Shown: positions 54,201-64,000, numbered from the stretch's first letter. The stretch is 64,000 bases of DNA from Antedon mediterranea (GCF_964355755.1 NC_092672.1:14694001-14758000); one strand, 5' to 3'. Numbers and translations: made by a program. Notes: a model not told the origin generated them from the letters alone.

Positions 54201-57200
54201 AAACATACAAATGAAATGATCTATTATCTTATATTGTTTTTATAACAATAAAAGGTTAACATGCGATAAATAATCACATAAATATATGGTGTTTATGGGT
54301 ATGTTCAGACTCACAGAGTTACGGTGGAGTTATGTAAGCGGCGTACATATTTTTGTGTCTAAACCATGCCGCGGATTAGCGTTAGGAAGCTGTTACTCTG
54401 CGCCAGTGGCGTTAATAAATCTAGCGGGAGAGGGTAGATTTCATAACGCTAATCCAGTGATGCATCAGTGATTTTAACCTTAACCAATGAAAATACACGA
54501 CCACGATTAGCAGACAAAAACTACATACCCGTACCCTATGATACGACAGCGAAATAGCTATGTCAAATGTATTTTCAGGTTCAGATTTTAAAGAACAGTA
54601 AAGTTGGCGTCAGTAATATGATATTTTTATAAATTAAATCAATTAATCAGATAATTGTCCATGTAACAATTACGTTTTAAATTATTTTGAATTAAAATGC
54701 AATTCTACAAGTAGTAAGAACAAATCAGTATATTTAAAGGTAAACACTATATAAATAAAAATAAAAAAACAATGTAAACGATGTAAACTTTCATGCATTG
54801 TCATGAATGTATACATATAGTTCTATCTGCTTTGACCTGATCAGAGTGTTTTAAACACAACACAAGGCATTGGAATGTTGATCGTTGTGTCTGAACACCT
54901 TGGCTTTTAACGCCACGGATTACCGTACGCCTTGCGTAGATAACTCCACCGTAACTCCGTGAGTCTGAACATACCCTATGTCTATTCTAAAATTGTGATA
55001 AGGTTTGTGTTGTATTTTTCAAGATCATATACTGTAACACATTAAAGCAATAAACTGCAAGAGAGTAGGTTAAGTTTTACCTTAAAATCAATAACATCTG
55101 GTTTGCTGTTAAATGGACAACCTTTACCCAAAGCAGTTTGTTTCTTCACAATAACAGATTTATGCTTGTTTATTGCCTGAGTTGTCCTCTCTGTTTCCTT
55201 TTTGCTTTGATAGTTTGAAGTGTAACTCAGTTTTTCTACTTTTGGTGCCTTTTAAATAAAATAAAAATTATCTATTAGACAAACCATGGAGTATTACTCC
55301 ATGGACAAACACATTTTTAGGGTTTTTAGGCCTAATATATTTTCTGCTGATATTTCCGGAGGACAACCTTACTATTAACCATAGTTTGGGATGTACATAT
55401 GATATCAGAACAATTGTTAGATTTCCGATTTTACAATGCACAGCCATCACCATGAATTTCTGAGGCGTCACATATGCAAATCTACTCAATGAGTTGTCAC
55501 TGTTGCTAACATACAAGTAGATAGGCATTCATCACTCTTCAATTGACCTGTATGTAGGCTTATAAATCAGATATAGTTTGGGATGTACATATGATATCAA
55601 AACAATTGTTAGATTTCCGATTTTACCACGCACAGCCATCACCATGAATTTCTGAGGCGTCACATATGCTAATCTACTTAATGAGTTGTCACTGTTGCTA
55701 ACATACAAGTAGATAGGCATTCATCACTCTTCAATTGACCTGTGTGTAGGCTTATAAATTAGCCAATGCATGGAGGTAATTTTATACCTCCATGGCCAAT
55801 GCGTCCCTCTTCAATTGACCTGTATGTAGGCTTAAATTAGATGATCTTATACCTCCATGGAGTGACCATCCGAGCTCTCTCCTTTTATTTTATACCTCCA
55901 TGGTTTATACAACACCCTTCTTACCTTACACGCTTACTATTAATATGCATGTTTTCACAGACGAAGGTCAATCCCCTAACTTGAGCCATTCATACATGAA
56001 TGTTAAACTGCCATGTTATGAACGATGTTATGTAATATCACATCTCCTGAGGCTAATTTAAAAAGGCTATTTCAGCTCACCTACCAGCTAAATTTGGAAG
56101 GTCCACAAGTAGTCTTTTCAAGTAGCCAGCTGGTGGCATTAGTAATTACACAGAATCCATTTCTTGTTGTTGTTGTTGGGGCCCAAAGAATTGCCTCTCA
56201 CAAATAACATATCACAGTTTTGTCCTTCACACTGTACTGGGTGTTCATTGGTTTAAGATTGAAGATTTTTTTTGTTTTAGTAGTAGCGGGGTCTATACTA
56301 AAATAAAGACTAATTTGTAGCTGTTTAGAGCTAAAAATACTCTACATTTATGATAATTAGGTTCACTGTTACCTGTTTCACCTCTCAAAACAAAGATATG
56401 CAGTGTTCTTAGATAAATGGTCTACATTTTTGGTTGGCATATAACCTTCTATAGGCCTAGACTAAGTACCTAAAACACTGAATTCAATTGATTATCTACA
56501 AATTTAAATTTCAAAAATGTAGATTAATAGTCATATTGACATGTTTATTATTTGTGTACATTCTCTAAAGTCTAAATTACTGGACTGAATTATATTTCTG
56601 TTATGTTGTAACATAATAAAACTATGGAATGATCTCCGTGACAAAGTAAACTTTCGGAATCTTACTTTTAAAAAATCTGTAAAATGTTACTTATTATCTT
56701 ATGCCACCCTAATATTGTATCTTTTTACCTCTGTCAGACATCTAGAAACTTTCCAATTGGTAAGAAAGTGCACAATCCTGTTTGACATTGATTCATCCTT
56801 TATTTGGGAATCATGAGCATTTAGGAATGAGTTTTTAAAACTTTTTTACCTTATATATCTTGTCATTATTATTCCACAGGCCACTAAATTCTGGCGTGGC
56901 TAAACTGTTATCTTCTGATTCATCACTATCATCAGCGAGGTTGTTACAGTCCATTGGTTCACTTTTTATATTTTCATCATGTAAAGTTACTTCTTTAGCT
57001 AATGACATCTCAAAAGAATCTATTCCAATGCATCCCTAGACCAAAAGAAATGTATTATCTATTTTGCCTTTAAATTTGAAACATTGTTAACGGTATGGTT
57101 AAATTTTACTCTAGGCAGTGTAAAACCAAGCTATGAAATGTAACTATTGAAGGCGCGACATCAGGACCCTATATTAGAAGAGTCTTGACATTGAATGGAT

Positions 57201-60200
57201 TAGAGGCCATTTTTGTGTTCATGCACGCTCTATGCGTGTGCATTTAGTTTGTATAGCGATTCTCTATAGTTAATGCATTGTTTTTAAATTTTGTTATTTG
57301 GAATGTGTTAACTCTTTCAATACTGTATATGGCTCTGACTCCAATTCTAGAGGATTAATATTAGTGAGCAGAACAAACAGCAGTACTTATATTAATGCAT
57401 GGTGTTCATTTTAAAGCCTGTTTTCTATTCCATGTTCGTTGATCGTTAAAAGTTCGACAATGATCGTTCATAAACAATCAAGCTGAAAGTATAACGATGG
57501 CTGATTTCTTGCATTGAATGTTAGAATTGAAAACTTGTGTCTTTTCTTGACGTCGTATGACACACGAAATAATTAAATAGACAAAATAACTTGTTTTATC
57601 TGATCTCAGAAGAATTCCAATTGAATCTGGTTAAACTAATTGCGAAAGGTTCTTCATCTCACATAAATTCTAGGCCAACATCATAATAAATATTAACTTT
57701 TTCTGAGGTAGGCCTAGGTTAGATAGGTACACCTTCATAGCAGGGACTCCTTGCATGTCTATACTGAAGCTTCTTCGTTTCCTGGGCCTAGTAGTATACA
57801 GTAGAAAGCATTTTGTACAAGGTTGAAGACTTTACCTACATAATACCAGGACTACACTCTCCAAAACATCATGAAGTTAATAGTACCAAAAACATTTGAA
57901 AAAGTTTGTAAGTTTGTCAGCCTGACCCAATACTCTGTTGAAAATCCCCTAAAAACGGTCGATTTCACCCCATCTGACACATGGATCAAAAAATTGGTAC
58001 AAACATAGAAGTGATGTGTGAGGACATAACAAAAAACAAAAACTTACAAAGAACCTTCCTGCAGCCAACAAATTGTTGTTTGGTCTTTTTAAGTATCAAT
58101 GTATTCACCATTTCAAAATTTATAAAGATTTATAACAAATGCTGGTGTGGATGACCATAAGAGCAAAGCTAGATGTTGCTAGAAAAACAGTATCATTGCA
58201 AATATGTTTAATTCTCCGTTGCCTGCTTCCATGGTTTCATCTCATTTGATCTGTCTTGAAATAAGATGTTTGAAAAATTCACCTGCGTATATAGGTTTAG
58301 TAGAGTTTTGAAGATTGATTGAAGTAAAACTGCATTTTTACTTATTTGAAAATGAACATCAGTGATTTTATTATCATGTTTTCGCATTCATTCATGGTCA
58401 GCACAGAACTGATAGTTATACTGTATATAACTAAAGGACTGACCTATATAACATTTCCCTGTTTGTTCATACTACACTACACTACTGTGTAGTAGTTTTA
58501 GCTAGAGTTTCATGTAGAGGCTCAATCTTTTCTAAAATATTCTCTCCTGGTACCGTTACTGCTTGTTCACATCGTTTGTCATCTTGCTGTCAAAAATCTG
58601 GTTGATGGTTGACTCTTGAGTCTGAATTTGACTGTATTGTGCAGAGAAAGGGCACACATGAGGACTGGATATTCCAGTTTTTGTTTGTCAGATTAAACAT
58701 TTTAATTTTTAGATTAGTTTGGTTTATGACTACAACAAAAAATATTGATACTAAATTGTATGAATTAATTGAACTCTATTATTAGAGTGTCATATCTGGC
58801 CAACTAGAGATGCGATTTATCATGATATCTATGTGCGAGAGTACCATTTCCAGCCAAAAGCTCAAATATGCAATGTTGAGTCACGAGAATTCCCAAAAAT
58901 AACTATATATAGGTTGAGTTGACATGACCTTTCAGACCAGATATTTTGTCAGTTTTTGTCCATGCACATCACTTCTATGGGTGTACAAATTTTGATCCAT
59001 GGGTCAGATGAGATGAAATAAACCATTTTTGGGGGGTTTTCAAGGGGGTCTGGAGACTAGACCCAAACCCCGGGGTCAGGCTGACAAACTTCTTAAAAAA
59101 TGTTTTAAACCTTCTAGGTGGAATGGGGTGAAATCATATGTTATGGGCTCTTGGCCTAGTAATACAGTACTGTACATACATTCTCTAGTTTTTTCTTTGA
59201 TGGTGAATATTCCTTTAAATTATGACCTTCAGCAGCCACAGAATTCTTCACAGATCCGACAACTGCAGTCTCCATTTGTCCTATTTTGGAATTGGGCCAC
59301 AGTTGAGGATACATGGTCTGATGTTTCTTTATCTGGCTTTCTTCACTTAAAATTCTTGAAATCAACTCAGCTTGTTTTTGTTTTTGATCAACTTCATATT
59401 CCCTGAAAACATTTTAAAATCTTTATAGTCAATTCTTAAAGTTTCCAGACTACTTTTTAAGTAGAAATTAATAGACAATATGGGTTTTGACAAAATTATT
59501 TTCTTAAAAGATTAAGCTTACTCTATGTCCTTTTCTAATTCTTGTAGTCGTTTCTTTTTCACAATAACAGCACTTGCATTTCCCCCATTATCAACAATCT
59601 CATTACGGTCTTTCAGGGTTTGTCCAAGTGCCTTCTGTTTTAGGTAGCTCTCTCTACTCTGGATGGCCCCAATATTATCCTATGAAATAATTATGACTGT
59701 AAATTAATTAGAAATTGTAAAAGAGAAATTCCAAACAGATTAAGAATTTCCAACATGAATTCAGTTGATGTATAATTTCTATTCCTAGTACCTATTCGTC
59801 ATCCCGGACCCGAACGCCTCCTACAATAGTAAAGAAACTGAAACTCATAAAGTGTATAGGTTTACACTGAATTCTTAAGTTAGGGAAAGTTTGTTTCCCT
59901 GTTCACACTTATAAATATTGTACATTGATTGATGTATTATATTTTCGACACTAGTTTATGACTTGCGGATTAAGAGGAAATAGAGGCATAGTGCTATTAT
60001 AATATAGATTATACTGACCCTGTTTGTTGCTATATCCGTGCGGAGTTTTAGTAAAGTATTTACTCTCTTATCTATAAGGGAACAATCACTCTCATTCTCT
60101 TCAACTTGCTTTACTCTGCATTTCAATGAAAAATTATTAAAATGAATTTTAGAATACATAAAATGTCAGTTTGTACTTACTACTTGAGTTAATTAATAAT

Positions 60201-63200
60201 GAGATGCAAAGCACACAGAAAGGCCCGAAATTCGCCTTAATTATCACAATATAAAAAGAAATCTTCTTCAATGATGACAAAATATGAGCATAACCAAATA
60301 ACACGGGGCGGTATATAACCATATTTTTTCAGAGACCAGTTACTTAAAGATGTATTGTCCCTTTGACTAATTAAAAAAATTCTTTTTTTCTAAATATTTT
60401 TTTAAAAAGTGGGTCATTTTGAAGTATCATAATAGTTATTAACTTTCACCAAAAATTTTGTTCAAAAAATAACTTTGACTTCCAGTCAAAGTTTTCGATG
60501 AAAACATAATCTCATAATGCAACGCGCTTATTTGGCTACTCTGTATGCCTAACCATAAAACTTCTTCGCGATCTGTGTGAAAACACCTTCTCAACCGCGA
60601 CAAGTTGTAAACAATCAAAATTAGCATCAGGCATAATGCATACTAATGGTTTAAAATCTTTGTTTACTTTCGCTCATGATGATTTTCCAGATGAAATGTA
60701 ATCAAATTAATTTACCTGTTAATTACGTAAACTTGTTGTTTTTGGCTTGAATTTTCGACTTAAAGTGAATAACTTTAATATTACTTTGATATGGCCAATT
60801 TAAATTTAGAATATTTTTTTTTCTATTTTTGGTGTTTTAAGGGATAATACATCTTTAAAATTGTTTAAAATTGTTTAACTCTTTTAAACATACATACTTT
60901 TTGCATTAAAATGTTCTAGATCATAAAGGCTGTTTTGTACTTGCTATATTTGACCCCCATGATTTTATTTGGGTGGTCATTTGCCCTTCTGTGCAAAAAT
61001 ATTATTAATAGTGATAAATTGTTACCTTTGTAGAGTATCTTGGAGATACTTATTAGTCACTTGTTGGCTTCGTTTGGCCACATTTAGTACTTGCTGGCAT
61101 ATACGATCTTTCTCTTGTAATGCAACCAATTGATCTCTAAAATCAAACAGAACAGAAATTATAAACCTTAACAAGCAATTAAAGAAGAATTCTATATCTC
61201 ACACTACTTTATAAGATAAAATCCACAATAACAAAAAAAAATCAAATTAAAGAAATTTTAGAAAATAAATCAAACAATAAAATGGAGATGGGCAGGACAC
61301 GTCTTCACAATAACTGGACAAAGACAACAAGGAAAGTGGAGAATTTGATTATTAACAGTAAGGCCTACCCACACTCGCAGTAATAAAGTTTATTTGTATA
61401 TGTTTATATATCTCCAGTACCCACACTCACAGGAAAATTTGCGATTCAAATGGCGACCAGAAATGATTAATACGTATTTACAGTATTGTCAAAGTATTGC
61501 AATACTATATCTAAATGTTTTAAGTTTATCCCCAAGGGCCCATAAATTTACCTACTTGTGGTAAACCAAATAATTATACTGGGAGAGTGAGAGATTGGAA
61601 TGTTATATTCATTGCAAATAAATACATTTTTATAAACTATAAACTAAAACTAAATAAAAAATGTTTAAGAAAATGATGGTATACTCGAGCTGTTCATCCG
61701 GTTTTCAGTATTAAAAACAATTATCGTAGAAGATCATATCATTGTGTGTGGGTATTTTTTTTTAGACAGTGTATACCACAATCATTGAACATAAATTTGT
61801 TTTAATTGTCAATAACTTATTATCTAACTCAATTTAATTAGTAAACAGGGTTACATCAAGTGGTTAAAATCAGTACCAAAAGTCTGAACCAAATTTATAT
61901 ATAGATTAAGTGGTTTAATCTTGAAACATCATATTTATTTTAGGCCAAGTTATAAAAAGTAGTTTCTCGTCCCCACAGCCAAAACGTGCTACATGACAAA
62001 TCCTTAATGCTTCATGAAAATATGCAATATATGTGAACGGACAAGCCAGACCAGTCGCTTGTCGGTAATCCCTGAACTGAGATAAAGCCTATAAAATAGG
62101 CAAAATCACATTAACACAAAAAAAATTGAAAAAAATATTTTATCGACTAAATCTCCGCAGTAAAGGGGTTAAGTCGTTTCATAAGCAGACAATTTATAAA
62201 GCAAGTATACAATGTAGACATGTTACATAGAAATATACTAAAGACATTTAACGTGTTAGAAGAACCTAATAATTTGACTTTCTACACCGGGCGGAAACCC
62301 ATTCACAGTCACGAAAGTTATTTGAGCGAATACTCTACTTGGCCTAAAACACTAGCTCTGCATTTGAATTTAAATATTTGACTTGCGGTTAGGAAAATAA
62401 AAGGAACCATCATTTTATAATATTACTATTAATAGGCTATTAATTGACCTATTAAAGATCGCTAAATAAATTTGTTTTTTTGTGGTAGCTCTCTATTCTA
62501 GTTTAGCCTCCCTGTACACTTTATCACTGTACGCCTCACATTAATAAATAATACAACGCGAACTCTAATCAACACACGTGTACAAAATCCCGATGAAAAA
62601 CAATTTAGATGAATTATATAAACTTTCTAATTTATTGCTTGACTAACAATTAGAGAAAAAATAAACTTTGTTACATACAGTAATGATAACAATTGAAACA
62701 AAACAACTGATACCCACGTGTGTGTTGTTGTTGCAGGTGTCGTACTGGGAAAGCTACAAAGTGTATATTTTTAGTATAATATGTTATGTTGGGTTTAAAG
62801 CAACATTCCAACCTATTTTATTAGGAAAAAAAGTGTTTCATAGGGTTGTGAAAAAAAAAATCTCATGGAATTGAAATTAAAACACAACAATTCCTGGAAC
62901 ATTGGAGTAATTTTTAGCTATCTGTATTACTTTATTTACCTTTCTGTGTTCTTTTTCCGCTTCTCGCACTTCTGGGTTTGTAAAATATCCTTTTTCATTC
63001 TGTGAATGGCCTCTTCGGTTGCTTCTATTTCAAACCTTTTCTCTTGGGTAGTTAGTTCATTTTCAAACATTATGCATTTTCCTTGTTCCAACTCTATTTC
63101 TGAAAGCTCATATCTTAAAAAACAAAACAACCTATTGAAATATTTGTATACTTATTGAAGTTCACGAAGTAAAACAATGAAATTGCCTAATAATAGTTTA

Positions 63201-63747
63201 TTTTCTACAGCTGGCCCATCCAGTAAAATCTATAAATAACTATTCTCCTGGCATCATTTTAAAATTGTTGTAGATGACTAAAAAGCTTCTATTCTCATAC
63301 TGAAAAATCAGCCAATCTTCAAACAATATGAACAGAACAAGGAGCTTCTCTAAAAACTGAACATCTAGCATCTAGATTGGGGCAAGTTTATATGTCAGAA
63401 AAAAAGTTTTCTTGGGTAGAACAATAGAAATACCCTCAAGCAGTATTAGTAGATCACTCATTGCGAATGTAAAATGTATCCTATAATACATTGGTATCGA
63501 ATTTAATTTAAATTTCCCTTTAAAAGATATTTTAAAATCTTACTCTGCATTATCTAGTCTGATAATAACTTGCTTTTCCAAGTTCTCTTCTGCTTTATAC
63601 TCAAGATTAAGTTTCTCTTGTTTCGATTGAAGAAGATACACTTTAGCCATGTTTCCTTCCGTGTAACATTTCTCAATCTGGCCAAACACGTGATTGCGTT
63701 CTAATTCAAGAATTTCAATATTTGTTCGGCATTTTCTCAATTCATCT
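24133..63747 (-). CDS. CFAP74: Cilia- and flagella-associated protein 74, 31 coding exons in the window, 5'-partial
   Basis: Exons joined at GT-AG sites keep one frame over 4,636 nt to TAA at 24135-24133. An N-terminal coiled coil is followed by motifs I recognise from CFAP74: PFNSKP..DFD..K.YKKK, PPGQMSAGMSCE, FLAQTGPF, IDVPVWV..DLNICMVDRLYQD, LELLPKTGYIQAQS, YFDKETGVLEAPMTI, VDVQPNDGFGT, HNTLYLEVHCP, VGCIR, GQTKTI. Confidence 0.96.
25550..25681 (-). CDS. CFAP74: CFAP74 exon
   Basis: cag|...|gtaagt; NGEFYFD...KGFQID..RGMVEAGQTKTITFTWTPP. Confidence 0.92.
25854..25993 (-). CDS. CFAP74: CFAP74 exon
   Basis: tag|...|gtatta; KLKNPDVP...KRDIQVGCIRNNSFSQKK. Confidence 0.88.
26654..26872 (-). CDS. 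CFAP74: CFAP74 exon
   Basis: tag|...|gtaaga; ATQDIFVTFFPDH...MYVVGGD...EISD. Confidence 0.92.
27207..27420 (+). mobile_element. Degenerate copy of the Meta-like SINE
   Basis: AAGTGGCCGAGC; CTTGGATAAGACCTTAAAACTGGAGGTCCAGTG..GCACTTTATAGAAGCC. Confidence 0.6.
27754..27955 (-). CDS. CFAP74: CFAP74 exon
   Basis: cag|...|gtttgt; MENKSTL...VFDCVPSAGTLKP. Confidence 0.9.
28214..29215. mobile_element. HINE-like interspersed repeat, family copy 1
   Basis: ACTAGATTTGAACTCGTCA..GGTTATCCGC end; shares GACGTCATCAAA, TTCAACTGG.CATATGATGA and ATGAATTC.TATCTACAATTCAAC with 51266-52200; far boundary approximate. Confidence 0.6.
29313..29468 (-). CDS. CFAP74: CFAP74 exon
   Basis: cag|...|gtacaa; FVEVLNIK...LNFGYVIVGENLTESFK. 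Confidence 0.92.
29874..29993 (-). CDS. CFAP74: CFAP74 exon (follows the U12 intron)
   Basis: TTCCTTAAT..cag|...|gtaagt; LTSSVLDTCGPFQLLNA...AFSPKIAKV. Confidence 0.92.
30211..30431. repeat. 55-bp minisatellite, 4 copies
   Basis: CAACAGGTTAGACAGGGTGTACTGCGTCATGTCGAAAGGTGTCACCATCATCGTY. Confidence 0.93.
30533..31320. repeat. 44-bp minisatellite, about 18 near-identical copies
   Basis: YTAACTGGGTTACACCTTGTACAATTACAGTTATGAGTGTTAAA. Confidence 0.97.
31390..31760 (-). mobile_element. Highly degenerate Gypsy-type integrase relic
   Basis: Frameshifted PLDG..IRADGASGFQALGND..IGRLK..DPDAG..TAQLNSCIR; the relic may extend to about 32650. Confidence 0.5.
31845..32006. repeat. 30-bp minisatellite, about 5 copies
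   Basis: AACATGTTGCTTTGACCCATGGCACGAGGT. Confidence 0.95.
33520..33685 (-). CDS. CFAP74: CFAP74 exon (ends at a U12 donor)
   Basis: tag|...|GTATCCTTT; VHNTLYLEVHCPT...IQNISHIVQD. Confidence 0.92.
34004..34074. repeat. 34-bp tandem duplication
   Basis: TGTAGCTGGAGGTTTTAATACATAAGTGATGGAT x2. Confidence 0.9.
34217..34562. repeat. 43-bp minisatellite, 8 copies
   Basis: AAAGGGCTTGATAATACTGATAGATCAATCTGGTAGGTGTTTT. Confidence 0.95.
34602..34727 (-). CDS. CFAP74: CFAP74 exon
   Basis: cag|...|gtattg; SNDYSLARTSLYRQF...IPCFVATG...LPY. Confidence 0.9.
34846..35482 (-). mobile_element. L2 LINE 3' fragment in a CFAP74 intron
   Basis: LILSRLDYANSLL, LQRLQNKAA, LHWL, GDNAFSVAAPRIWNALP, FKRQLKTFLF; (AATAG)n tail. 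Confidence 0.9.
35839..35981 (-). CDS. CFAP74: CFAP74 exon
   Basis: tag|...|gtagac; QKGKKSTKKTGIKSA...VPEDIQS; supplies the required phase 0 to 2 change. Confidence 0.82.
36813..36971 (-). CDS. CFAP74: CFAP74 exon
   Basis: cag|...|gtatgt; RKKISVRFNPMLTDTDIQHEA...IEPSE. Confidence 0.9.
38331..38607 (-). CDS. CFAP74: CFAP74 exon
   Basis: cag|...|gtgagt; DFKIRCKGIGVHPP...VPRIG...ISPSIGTIDVGS. Confidence 0.93.
39049..39182 (-). CDS. CFAP74: CFAP74 exon
   Basis: cag|...|gtatgc; YVDVQPNDGFGTMLPLE...TCRSGINR. Confidence 0.93.
39440..39613 (-). CDS. CFAP74: CFAP74 exon
   Basis: cag|...|gtaagt; TSAVHFTLHAVVT...IDFGYCTINE...FGFVNLPD. Confidence 0.93.
40164..40654. mobile_element. MITE with CCC..GGG ends and 2-bp TSD (CMC/EnSpm-like)
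   Basis: TT|CCCATAACAAAAAG..TTAGTAGAT ... ATCTACTAA..TTTTTGCTATGGG|TT; an empty-site-like sequence lies at 40722-40750. Confidence 0.7.
40680..41598 (+). mobile_element. Non-autonomous element with asymmetric subterminal inverted repeat and a 162-bp terminal hairpin (Crypton- or Helentron-like)
   Basis: TATATAACACCT at 40680 versus AGATGTTATATA at 41421; palindrome at 41435-41596; related fragments at 39835-39905, 40023-40090 and 44374-44460. Confidence 0.6.
41888..41975 (-). CDS. CFAP74: CFAP74 exon
   Basis: cag|...|gtaaaa; KSIFDEGGKYFDKETGVLEAPMTIRVADQ. Confidence 0.93.
42891..42996. repeat. 26-bp minisatellite, 4 copies
   Basis: ACCATAAGCAAGCAGAGCATGTGCAA. Confidence 0.93.
43031..43281 (-). 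CDS. CFAP74: CFAP74 exon
   Basis: tag|...|gtattg; ISVKSIAYAIDVPVWV...QLKFFPR. Confidence 0.93.
43439..43605 (-). CDS. CFAP74: CFAP74 exon
   Basis: tag|...|gtaaga; TVELGDLDG...EGILEPFSSVKL...DSSV. Confidence 0.9.
43991..44105 (-). CDS. CFAP74: CFAP74 exon
   Basis: polypyrimidine tag|...|gtaagt; TSIEKSQSNVLDK...; phase 0 to 1; alternative in-frame donor would end the exon at 44009. Confidence 0.78.
44677..44723 (-). CDS. CFAP74: CFAP74 small exon (47 nt)
   Basis: tag|...|gtaagt; GLRQTPTSAGTSLGGF; supplies the required phase 1 to 0 change. Confidence 0.8.
44784..50360. repeat. 65-bp tandem array, about 85 copies, intronic
   Basis: GGACACCTAGTAGTGCAAGATGTATACACCTAAAWACCATGAGTAGCAGTGAGATGTAAAACAYR, head-to-tail without spacers. 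Confidence 0.98.
50416..50539 (-). CDS. CFAP74: CFAP74 exon
   Basis: tag|...|gtaaat; LSVDCDYIDFGNQVIGE...TSFKFLRTS. Confidence 0.93.
51054..51143 (-). CDS. CFAP74: CFAP74 exon
   Basis: tag|...|gtaagt; VNEDLKGVISFLAQTGPFVVPIQCTKKKCN. Confidence 0.93.
51266..52200. mobile_element. HINE-like interspersed repeat, family copy 2
   Basis: ACTAGA, hairpin GAACTTGTCA-AAG-TGACGAGTTC, then TTATCCGC; collinear with the 28214 copy. Confidence 0.6.
52326..52392 (-). CDS. CFAP74: CFAP74 exon
   Basis: tag|...|gtattg; FNPPGQMSAGMSCEMYITFKPM. Confidence 0.93.
52833..52951 (-). CDS. CFAP74: CFAP74 exon
   Basis: tag|...|gtaag; DFDVLKTYKKKVILTNVSYSVNF...LKDFFEI. Confidence 0.92.
53370..53627. mobile_element. 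Degenerate Kolobok-like MITE, same family as 60348
   Basis: AGATGTATTGACCC ... GGGGATAATCT|TTAA. Confidence 0.45.
54297..54976. mobile_element. PIF/Harbinger-like MITE
   Basis: About 37-bp TIRs GGGTATGTTCAGACTCAC.GAGTTACGGTGGAGTTAT; 3-bp TSD TAT. Confidence 0.85.
55081..55248 (-). CDS. CFAP74: CFAP74 exon
   Basis: aag|...|gtaaaa; APKVEK...GCPFNSKPDVIDFK. Confidence 0.9.
55380..55760. repeat. 192-bp tandem duplication plus a partial third copy at 55807-55840
   Basis: ATAGTTTGGGATGTACATATGATATC at 55381 and 55573. Confidence 0.9.
56850..57035 (-). CDS. CFAP74: CFAP74 exon
   Basis: tag|...|gtaaaa; GCIGIDSFE...SLATPEFSGLWNNNDKIYK. Confidence 0.87.
59180..59402 (-). CDS. CFAP74: CFAP74 exon
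   Basis: cag|...|gtatgt; EYEVDQKQKQAELISRILSEE...KKLEN (donor slightly less certain). Confidence 0.8.
59522..59679 (-). CDS. CFAP74: CFAP74 exon
   Basis: tag|...|gtaag; DNIGAIQSRE...RLQELEKDIE. Confidence 0.88.
60019..60115 (-). CDS. CFAP74: CFAP74 exon
   Basis: cag|...|gtcagt; VKQVEENE...LKLRTDIATNR. Confidence 0.88.
60348..60854. mobile_element. Kolobok-like MITE
   Basis: TTAA|AGATGTATTGTCCC ... GGGATAATACATCT|TTAA. Confidence 0.8.
61026..61136 (-). CDS. CFAP74: CFAP74 exon
   Basis: tag|...|gtaac; DQLVALQEKDRICQQVLNVAKRSQQVTNKYLQDTLQR. Confidence 0.88.
61354..61905 (-). mobile_element. Third copy of the Helitron family (5' end present)
   Basis: Similar to 22083-22522; A|TCTATATATAAATTT terminus at 61905. 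Confidence 0.75.
61943..62344. mobile_element. MITE with GGCC termini (Zator/Harbinger-like)
   Basis: TTA|GGCCAAGT ... ACTTGGCC|TAA. Confidence 0.5.
62940..63113 (-). CDS. CFAP74: CFAP74 exon
   Basis: aag|...|gtaaat; YELSEIELEQGK...KNTER. Confidence 0.88.
63544..63747 (-). CDS. CFAP74: CFAP74 exon (first in window)
   Basis: tag|A GAT GAA TTG...GCA GA|gtaag; DELRKCRTNIE...LDNAE. Confidence 0.85.
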
Positions 63748-64000
63748 CTATCAGAACACAAAATCCATTGAATTTCTTAGTAAATGGATTGCACATTCCA
63801 TTTCATAAAAAAATATCATATCATATAAAAAAGCAAATTACTTTTACGTAATACCTTTTACAATTTAAAAAAAATTTGAATTCCAATGGAATTTATAACA
63901 TTATTGATTTCTTCATGAGTCGGTGTCAGTTTATTTCAAAATCAATGTCTATAGACGGAAAGAAACGCTATTCCTCCACTGAAATTTATTCAGATTTTTT

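Noticed and set aside
55268-55720. Duplicated small ORFs (MPIYLYVSNSD...)
   Set aside because: They arise from the 192-bp intronic duplication and show no recognisable domain.
63855-63980. Further upstream CFAP74 exon ending AAAG|GTATTA
   Set aside because: A stop lies about 35 nt upstream in the required frame; the 5' exons are probably outside the window.

Overview
AT-rich animal genomic DNA; the repeat content suggests a marine invertebrate, possibly an echinoderm (inference). There is no prokaryotic system or CRISPR array here. Two host genes lie tail-to-tail. (1) CFAP74 is on the minus strand. I hand-spliced 31 coding exons (24133-63747, about 1,545 codons in one continuous frame); the 5' end is outside the window. 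One of its introns is a clear U12-type (minor spliceosome) intron, and another is almost entirely a 5.6-kb array of a 65-bp unit. (2) A 512-aa, three-Ig-domain type I membrane receptor is encoded by a single uninterrupted ORF (19258-20796, +) behind a uORF-dense leader. The rest is transposon-derived: CR1, L2/Crack and Rex/Babar LINE fragments, Gypsy relics, tRNA-derived Meta-like SINEs, Helitron/Helentron-like elements, Kolobok-, Harbinger- and CMC-like MITEs, and minisatellites. The most unusual signals are at the micro-scale. Three kinds of apparent DNA-transposon excision scar can be read directly from the sequence: TA>TACAGTA, TA>TAGGCCTA, and 19-26-bp CATGGAG..CTCCATG palindromes inside perfect 7-bp duplications (P-element-like). 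All coordinates were read by eye and family assignments come from remembered motifs, not from database searches.
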